DNA of 64,000 nucleotides from Nitrospirota bacterium (GTDB lineage Bacteria; Nitrospirota; Leptospirillia; Leptospirillales; Leptospirillaceae): NCBI GenBank assembly GCA_021801345.1, contig JAJYYA010000022.1, positions 1,594 to 65,593 of the forward strand, read 5' to 3'. Shown piece by piece: positions 56,520 to 64,000 of this stretch (position 1 is its first letter; each line of letters starts with the position of its first letter). The notes under the pieces were generated by a model. It saw only the letters and a program-made list of their open reading frames with translations, ran no database searches and was not told where the DNA came from. The position numbers and the translations under genes were made by a program.

Positions 56520-56969
56520 GTGATTTGGAAAGATCTACCCGAGGATACTCGAAGGCTTCTTTTGGAAAAGCGTTTGGTCCCCGGTCGAATACTTCACGTA
56601 CATTGTTCCTTCACAAATCCGCCAAAGCATAAGTTCCTCGTATACATTTGCCATCATTCTCCCCAATGTTCCTTTTTCATCATCAACTCGGAAATCAATC
56701 AATTCAAGCAGAACAGACCGTCGTTATCTCAATGCCAAGTGAAAATCGATCAGGTCAGTCATCCTTTCCTCGACCACGACTCTTATGTTGACTGTTCGAA
56801 AGTTCAAACAATCAGTTTCAAGGATTTAAGCGATCAACTCACAAAATCCAACGATGGGTTCAAAAACATAATCAGCCTTGAGGTTAAAAAAGCTATTCTT
56901 GTTGTAGTAAAAAACACAAAGACTCTTTCGCAACAAGAAAAAATATATATTCAGAATGCATTGCAATAA
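56520..56969 (+). CDS. unassigned 149-aa protein, candidate toxin/effector partner of the Panacea gene
   Basis: GTG start 9 nt after the upstream stop, with a purine-rich GAAGAAAG before it. It shares the low GC of the upstream gene. I recognise no family, and the MazF/CcdB-like strand order is only an impression. Confidence 0.55.
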   Translation: MIWKDLPEDTRRLLLEKRLVPGRILHVHCSFTNPPKHKFLVYICHHSPQCSFFIINSEINQFKQNRPSLSQCQVKIDQVSHPFLDHDSYVDCSKVQTISFKDLSDQLTKSNDGFKNIISLEVKKAILVVVKNTKTLSQQEKIYIQNALQ

Positions 56970-57173
56970 AGTGGCGTATCTTTATGATCCTCGAAATTTT
57001 TCGAGAAACAATTCTTCAATTTGGGGATCGGTACGAAGAGATAGAGGAGGGCGCCAAACGCCCGGGGGGAATCGAGTCGATCCGAAAGAGATCCGCGCAA
57101 CAGACAAAAGAGCGAGATGACGAAGGGCTGTGCGAGTTGAGAGGCATGGATTGCACGAAAAAAAGGGAATCCG

Positions 57174-58826
57174 TCAGGAGTGGGCGAGAAGATCCCGGGC
57201 AATCGAAAGCGCGGAGGGAGAAATCCCCTCCCCACCCAGCATGCGGGCAATCTCCCGCACCCGATCCTCTCCGGAGATGGGAAAGGCCCGGGAGGTGGTC
57301 TCTCCCTTTTCGGTGACCTTCTCGACGATGATGTGGTGGTCTCCCTTGCGGGCCACCTGATGGAGATGGGTGATGGAGACGACCTGGCGGGAACGGCCGA
57401 TTCCCCGGAGAAGGTCTCCGAGAACCTCGCCCACCTCGCCCCCGATGCCGGAGTCGATCTCGTCGAAGATGAGCGTGGGGACGGTATCGCGATCGGCCAG
57501 CACACTCGTGATGGCAAGAAGAACCCGGGAGGTCTCGCCGCCGGAGGCGACCTCTCCCAGCGGCTTCTCCGGCATGCCGGGGTTGGCTGAAAAGAGAAAC
57601 TCGACTCGCTCGGGTCCTCCGGGGCCGCCCAGATCCCCCTCATAGGGAGTAAACCCCACAGTGAAGGAGGGCTGGTCGATGCGGAGACGCCGAAGCGCCT
57701 CTTTCACCTTGTCGGAAAAGGACCGGGCAGCCTCCCGACGCACCTTTGAAAGCTCCCCCCCCGTTTTTTTCAACGCCTCTTCGAGAAGGCCAATCTCCCG
57801 GTCGAAAAGGGCCAGCTCCCGATCGATCGCCTCCGGATCCCCTTCTCCCTCCCTCTCGAGAACGGCCGAAAGCTCCTCCGGACGAACATGGTACTTTTGG
57901 GCCAGACGACGATACAGGGAAAATCGGCCTTCGAGGGTCGCAAGCTCCCCTGGATCCATCTCGAGCCCTTCCTGGTAGTGGCGGAGCTCCCCGGAGAGAT
58001 CCTTGAGGATCTCGACAGCCTCCCCCAGTCGCTCCCGGATGGGCAAAACGGCCGGATCGAGCGATCCAAGACGGTCGATTGCCCCGGAAATGCGCCCAAG
58101 GAGCGTCAGGACGCTCCCTTCGTCATCGACAAGCATCTGGAGGGAGCGATCGGCGGAGAGCAGGATCTCCTGAATGTTCAGCTGGGCGGTAAGCCTTGAG
58201 GAGATCTCTTCAAACTCCCCCGGGCGTGCGGCCAGAAGCGCCGCGTCCTCCTGACGTTCGCGAATCTCCGAGAGGGTCCGGTCACTCGCGGCCTTGCGCT
58301 CGAGAATCTCCAGCCGCTCGCGACGCCTTGACTGAATCTCACGCCGCATTCGCTCGTAGTCGGAGGCCAGCGACAAGGTCCCGGCAAACTCGTCAAGAAA
58401 CTGGCGGTGGTTGTCCCCGCCGGTCATGCGAAGGCTCTCGCCCTGTCCGACAAGGTCGAAGAGCAAAAGGACAAGCCCGGAGAGCTGGGAGGTGGAGACC
58501 GACTGTCCGTTGACCGTCTGACGGAGGCGGCCGTTCGGGGAGATGACCCGGCGGATGACGATATCGTCGTCGGGGGAGAGGATCTCGGAGAGAGTCTCGG
58601 GAACGGGAGAGGAGAGCGGTGTGAAGACCGCTTCGATGACGGCCTCGGAACTCCCGGGACGAACTGACAGGTTGCGGGGCTTCCGACCGGCGATCAAAGA
58701 AAGGGCATCGACAAGAAGGGACTTACCGGCTCCGGTCTCCCCGGTAATGACGGTCAGTCCCCCGTCGAAGGAAAGCGATATTTCGAAGATGGTGGCAAAG
58801 GACGCCACCCGGAGATGGGAAAGCAC
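57174..58826 (-). CDS. recN: DNA repair protein RecN
   Basis: ITGETGAGKSLLVDAL, a long coiled coil, C-terminal ASGGETSRV and LIFDEIDSGIGG. Confidence 0.93.
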   Translation of the reverse strand: MLSHLRVASFATIFEISLSFDGGLTVITGETGAGKSLLVDALSLIAGRKPRNLSVRPGSSEAVIEAVFTPLSSPVPETLSEILSPDDDIVIRRVISPNGRLRQTVNGQSVSTSQLSGLVLLLFDLVGQGESLRMTGGDNHRQFLDEFAGTLSLASDYERMRREIQSRRRERLEILERKAASDRTLSEIRERQEDAALLAARPGEFEEISSRLTAQLNIQEILLSADRSLQMLVDDEGSVLTLLGRISGAIDRLGSLDPAVLPIRERLGEAVEILKDLSGELRHYQEGLEMDPGELATLEGRFSLYRRLAQKYHVRPEELSAVLEREGEGDPEAIDRELALFDREIGLLEEALKKTGGELSKVRREAARSFSDKVKEALRRLRIDQPSFTVGFTPYEGDLGGPGGPERVEFLFSANPGMPEKPLGEVASGGETSRVLLAITSVLADRDTVPTLIFDEIDSGIGGEVGEVLGDLLRGIGRSRQVVSITHLHQVARKGDHHIIVEKVTEKGETTSRAFPISGEDRVREIARMLGGEGISPSALSIARDLLAHS

Positions 58827-58830
58827 CCGG

Positions 58831-59163
58831 TCAGGCCGCCAGGATTTCTTCGATCTTGTCCTTGAACGTCTTCTTGCTCTGGGCCCCGACGAGCTTGCTC
58901 ACAATCTTGCCGTCCTTGAAGAAAATCAGCGTGGGGATCCCCATCACCTGGTAGCGGACAGCAATCTCCTGATTGTCATCGGTATTGAGCTTCAGAAAGG
59001 AGACCCGTCCCTTGTACTCCTCGGCCAGCTCGTCGACGATGGGGGCCACCATTCGGCAGGGTCCGCACCAGGGAGCCCAAAAGTCCACCATAACAAGGCC
59101 CTTCGACTCGAGAATCTTCTTGTCCCACTCCGCAGTCGACACTTCCGCGACATTTGCGCTCAT
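58831..59163 (-). CDS. trxA: thioredoxin
   Basis: 110 aa with active site WAPWCGPCR. Confidence 0.95.
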   Translation of the reverse strand: MSANVAEVSTAEWDKKILESKGLVMVDFWAPWCGPCRMVAPIVDELAEEYKGRVSFLKLNTDDNQEIAVRYQVMGIPTLIFFKDGKIVSKLVGAQSKKTFKDKIEEILAA

Positions 59164-59330
59164 TCACACGCTCCTTTTCTTGGTTAAAGAACCAGCAAAT
59201 AACTCTGGACGCCTCGCACGCCTCCGGTCCCCGGGAGGCTTTCCTTGGGCTCTCGCATCTTTTTATTCTACACGATCCGTCGCCTCGAGGAAAAGGCACA
59301 AAACGGGCCGAACACTCCTTTTGTGGTCGT

Positions 59331-59366
59331 AAAAAAAAAGGGGGGCCAAGAGCCCCCCCCTTTTTT
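59331..59366 (-). terminator. strong intrinsic terminator after groEL (A-run/hairpin/T-run, potentially bidirectional)
   Basis: aaaaaaaaa-GGGGGGC-caaga-GCCCCCC(cc)-tttttt. On the minus strand the hairpin is followed by 9 T residues. Confidence 0.85.
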
Positions 59367-59381
59367 GAAGCGAGAAACCTT

Positions 59382-61010
<1,629 letters not shown>

Positions 61011-61083
61011 ATGTCGATCCTCCTGAATGAATGTCTGCTGTTGTCTTCGAAATTTCCTCGACGACCTCTAAAGCCGTTCGGAC

Positions 61084-61347
61084 CTACTTGGAGAAAACGC
61101 CCAGAATGTCCTCTTCCCGAAGAATGAGGTAGTCGGTTCCTTCCATCGTGATCTTGGACCCGGAGTACTTGTCAAAGAGGATGGTGTCGCCCTTCTTGAG
61201 GGACTTCACATCGTCGCCGATCTCTTCGACCTTTCCCTTCTGCGGCTTTTCCTTGGCGGCATCCGGGATGTAGAGACCTCCCTGGGTCTTCTCGACCTCC
61301 TCGGCATAGCTCACGAAAACGCGATCTTTCAAGGGCTTAAATTTCAT
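61084..61347 (-). CDS. groES: co-chaperonin GroES
   Basis: MKFKPLKDRVFV...GGLYIPD..., 87 aa, directly upstream of groEL. Confidence 0.95.
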   Translation of the reverse strand: MKFKPLKDRVFVSYAEEVEKTQGGLYIPDAAKEKPQKGKVEEIGDDVKSLKKGDTILFDKYSGSKITMEGTDYLILREEDILGVFSK

Positions 61348-61383
61348 GCAGACCTCCATTGTGTGTGGGGTTGATCCGGAGTT

Positions 61384-61410
61384 TTAGCACTCGCACGATC
61401 TGAGTGATAA
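61384..61410 (-). promoter_or_regulatory. CIRCE operator (HrcA binding site), 1 mismatch
   Basis: TTAGCACTC-N9-GAGTGaTAA against the consensus TTAGCACTC-N9-GAGTGCTAA. It sits between the -10 element and the groES start. Confidence 0.88.
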
Positions 61411-61411
61411 A

Positions 61412-61440
61412 AGCATATCAGAGGAGAGAGAGGTTGGCAA
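61412..61440 (-). promoter_or_regulatory. groESL sigma70-type promoter candidate (TTGCCA-17 nt-TATGCT on the minus strand)
   Basis: Hexamers read on the reverse complement. The promoter is flanked by the two CIRCE-like elements. Confidence 0.55.
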
Positions 61441-61460
61441 GCCCCCCTCGAGAGTGCTAA
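61434..61460 (-). promoter_or_regulatory. second, degenerate CIRCE-like element overlapping the -35
   Basis: TTgGCAagC-N9-GAGTGCTAA. One arm is perfect and the other matches 6 of 9 positions. Confidence 0.5.
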
Positions 61461-61507
61461 CGAAAAGATGAAGAACTTAAAAATATTGTTTTATTGCAAC
61501 AAGATAC

Positions 61508-61529
61508 GGGGCAAGCGCAGGCCTGCCCC
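61508..61529 (-). terminator. hairpin downstream of ctpA (weak terminator candidate)
   Basis: GGGGCA(a)GC-gcag-GC(c)TGCCCC, followed on the minus strand by a T-containing but not T-run sequence. Confidence 0.3.
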
Positions 61530-61548
61530 ATATGAGGAGGAGGGAAAA

Positions 61549-62874
61549 TCAGTGTTCGATGCGGCTCTTGATCAGAGTGAGCGCCGCAACGAGCTGGGTG
61601 TCGTTCTTTCCCGAAGGAATCGGGTAGACAAGATGCTTCTGGATGTTTCCGGGAGGAATGACGATGCGCTGCTCCCGACCATCCGGATTGAGAAAGTGAT
61701 GCTTGAGGTCAACCTCGCGAGGCACCTCTACCGCTCGGGTTCCCTTGGGAACGATCTCCTTGACGATTCGGTCGGGGGTGATTCCGTAGTCCTGGATGGA
61801 GCGACCGGAGGGAGTAAAGTAGCGCGCGGTCGTCAGCCTAAGGGCCGATCCGTCAAAAAGAGGCAGAATGGTCTGAACCGACCCCTTCCCAAAGGTCTGC
61901 GTCCCGAGCACGGTCGCCCGGTGATAGTCCTGGAGTGCCCCCGAGACGATCTCGGCAGCCGATGCCGTCTCCGTATTCACCAGGATGACGATCGGGATCC
62001 GGGGAAAGGCGTTCCCCCCGTGGGAGCGAAAGGCCCGCTCCTGACGCCGCCCCTTCATGGAGACAACGGTCTTTCCGTCAGGAATAAAGAGGGAGGAGAC
62101 ATCGACGGCGCTCGTCAGAAGCCCTCCGGGGTTGTTCCGAAGATCGATGACAAGCCCCCGCATCCCCCGACGATCGAGCCCCTTCAGGGTCAGGTCAAGA
62201 TCCCGTGCGGTGTTTTCAGAGAACTCCCGGACAAGAACGTATCCGATATGGCCGTTCAGCATTCGGGGCTTGACCGTATGAATCTTGATGATTTCCCGTT
62301 CCAGATCGAAGTCCCGTGCCCGGAAGACTCCCTTTCGGAAAATCGTCAGGACAACGTGCGTTCCCGGCTTTCCCCGCATCCTCCGGACCGCCTTGGCAAG
62401 ACCCAGCGTCGCAGTGCTCTTCCCGTCGACCCGGATGATCTCGTCTCCACTTTTGATCCCCGCCCGGAATGCAGGCGATCCGTCAATGGGGGCCTGAACC
62501 AGAATGTGGTTTCCAGAGGTGGTGATCTTGATTCCGACCCCCCCGAACCGTCCCTGGGTGTTGATCTCAAGGTCATGGTATTCCTGAGGGGTCATGTACT
62601 CAGAGTGGGGATCGAGGGAGGCGACCATGCCCCGGATTGCGCTGTCGAGAACAGGACGCGCCGGAATGCGGTCGACATAGTCGTTCTGGATGAGAGCGTA
62701 GACCATGGAGAAGATCTTGAGGCTCTTGTCGGTGCCTCCGTCGGCCAAGACGGCATGGCCCACCCCGCCCACAAGGATCCCCACCACCAATACGAGAATG
62801 ATATTTCCTGTTTTCATCATGACATTCCAAGAAGAACGTTTGGGACCCTTGCCAAAACCAAAAAGACGCATCAA
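61549..62874 (-). CDS. ctpA: carboxy-terminal processing protease (S41 family)
   Basis: Contains a PDZ segment (GGVGIKIT...APIDGSPAFRAGIKSGDEII), LVIDLRNNPGGLL, ASAAEIVSGALQD and GKGSVQ. The start may be the second Met pair at 62820. Confidence 0.88.
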   Translation of the reverse strand: MMRLFGFGKGPKRSSWNVMMKTGNIILVLVVGILVGGVGHAVLADGGTDKSLKIFSMVYALIQNDYVDRIPARPVLDSAIRGMVASLDPHSEYMTPQEYHDLEINTQGRFGGVGIKITTSGNHILVQAPIDGSPAFRAGIKSGDEIIRVDGKSTATLGLAKAVRRMRGKPGTHVVLTIFRKGVFRARDFDLEREIIKIHTVKPRMLNGHIGYVLVREFSENTARDLDLTLKGLDRRGMRGLVIDLRNNPGGLLTSAVDVSSLFIPDGKTVVSMKGRRQERAFRSHGGNAFPRIPIVILVNTETASAAEIVSGALQDYHRATVLGTQTFGKGSVQTILPLFDGSALRLTTARYFTPSGRSIQDYGITPDRIVKEIVPKGTRAVEVPREVDLKHHFLNPDGREQRIVIPPGNIQKHLVYPIPSGKNDTQLVAALTLIKSRIEH

Positions 62875-63022
62875 CAGTCCTCAGTCACGACCCGGCATTT
62901 CCGGACGAATTTTGAATTTTTAACACCCGAACCCCGAATACGGGCGCCCACTTCAAAGACTATCATTCATCTTCATGCATTACAAGCGCATTTTTAAGGA
63001 GAACCTCAATACAGCCTGTCAG

Positions 63023-63046
63023 AAAAAAGGCAAACTTTGAGCCTTT
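63023..63046 (-). terminator. intrinsic terminator candidate after the envC-like gene
   Basis: The minus strand reads AAAGGC-tcaaagttt-GCCTTT followed by TTT (a T6 run in total). Confidence 0.5.
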
Positions 63047-63097
63047 CGCAAAAAAACAAAATGTTGGCCGTGGGGAAAGTAGGGCGCTCAAGACGGC

Positions 63098-64000
63098 CTA
63101 GCGTCCAAGAAAGCCCATCGGACTCAACGGGTGCCCCCTTCTTGTCACACCGAAGAAAAGGGTCGAACGCCCCTTTGTCCCTCCGCGGCCGACCGTCCCG
63201 AGGATCCCGCCGGCCCCAATTCGTTGCCCTTCCCGGGCATAGATCCGGTCAAGGTGACCATAGAGCGTATAGAGATGGTTTCCGTGCGAAAGAATGACCA
63301 GACGGCCGTACCCCGAGTAGTCTCTGGCAAAAAGTACCTTTCCGGGCCAGGCGGCCTTTACCCTCTGACCGATCGAGGCAGCGATGTCGATTCCGTCATG
63401 AAAGGTCCCGTAGGCTTCAACGACCTCCCCGCGCAGGGGCCAGAGAAACCGGCTTTTCCCCAGAACGGGAGGATGTCTGTAGACCTCCCTTCGGCCCAGA
63501 GCATGCCTCCGGTGCTCAAGCCGCACGATCAGGGCCATGAGCTCCCGCCGACGCTTGAGAATGGTCTTGTTGTCGGCATGGATCGAGCCTTCCTTTTTCT
63601 TGAGTCGGGCGATCTCCTCCCGGATGTGCGCCATCTTCCGGGTGAGACCCGCCTCCTCTGCCTGCTGGTGCCGAAGGAGGGAGACCTCCCGGTTGCGAAG
63701 TGTCCGAAGCTGATCCCGACTTCCTTCAAGGTGATGCTCCTTGTGTCGGTACCCGTGAACAAGAGTGGTCAGCCGATGGGTCTGGTCGGAGAGAAGATAG
63801 GAGTGAACGACCGTCTCGGGATCGATGTCGACACCGTCGATTCGAGAAAGGGCTTGCTCGGCCTTCCTCGAAAGAAGGACACTTTCAAGAGAGCCTTTCT
63901 CCCGGAGGTCGGCGGCAACGACCGTGTCGAGATGTTCGATCGCCCGCTGAACACGTCTGATCGCTTGTCTGTCCTTGATCTCCCGGATCTGGAGACGTTC
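63098..64000 (-). CDS. M23 peptidase / EnvC-like murein hydrolase activator (5' end outside the window)
   Basis: The frame stays open to the window edge, as I confirmed by translating upstream of the track's Met. The N-terminal part is coiled-coil. The C-terminal M23 domain has HDGIDIAA, GYGRLVILSHG and LYTLYGHL. Confidence 0.8.
   Translation of the reverse strand, partial: ERLQIREIKDRQAIRRVQRAIEHLDTVVAADLREKGSLESVLLSRKAEQALSRIDGVDIDPETVVHSYLLSDQTHRLTTLVHGYRHKEHHLEGSRDQLRTLRNREVSLLRHQQAEEAGLTRKMAHIREEIARLKKKEGSIHADNKTILKRRRELMALIVRLEHRRHALGRREVYRHPPVLGKSRFLWPLRGEVVEAYGTFHDGIDIAASIGQRVKAAWPGKVLFARDYSGYGRLVILSHGNHLYTLYGHLDRIYAREGQRIGAGGILGTVGRGGTKGRSTLFFGVTRRGHPLSPMGFLGR

Overview
This is a 64-kb window from a high-GC diderm bacterium. 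Coding regions look above 60% GC by eye, and LptABC, a TolC-type protein and an Slp lipoprotein indicate an outer membrane. I cannot assign a taxon without a database search. I support about 55 protein genes and one tRNA-Val. I saw no rRNA, CRISPR array, transposase or integrase.

Gene layout:
- 0.4-48.4 kb is almost entirely minus-strand, with many 1-11 nt gene overlaps.
- 48.7-57.0 kb is plus-strand.
- 57.2-64.0 kb is minus-strand again.

Main content:
1. A complete Pel-type exopolysaccharide operon (1.9-15.5 kb, order pelB-pelC-hydrolase-pelD-pelE-pelF-pelG). Its domain architecture is unusual. The PelA functions are split: the hydrolase is a separate lipoprotein and a CE4 deacetylase is fused to PelG. 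The PelD-like receptor is about 350 aa longer than the classical one.
2. Housekeeping blocks:
   - queF
   - aroC-aroK-aroB followed by a GAF-GAF-ANTAR gene
   - lptC-lptA-lptB-rpoN-hpf-rapZ
   - mdh
   - nadC-birA-coaX
   - valS, mltG, ruvX, alaS, recA, pgpA
   - speH-speE-decarboxylase
   - recN, trxA, groES-groEL with CIRCE operators, ctpA, and a partial envC-like gene
3. Three visibly low-GC patches: 1-315 next to the tRNA, 15.5-16.05 kb, and 55.6-57.05 kb.

The third low-GC patch carries the most interesting candidate. It is a two-gene cassette encoding a Panacea/SocA (DUF4065) antitoxin-like protein and an unassigned 149-aa partner, which may be a new toxin-antitoxin or defence pair.

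All functional calls come from motif recognition by eye, not from searches. Start codons were chosen from SD spacing and operon overlaps and may be off by a few codons.
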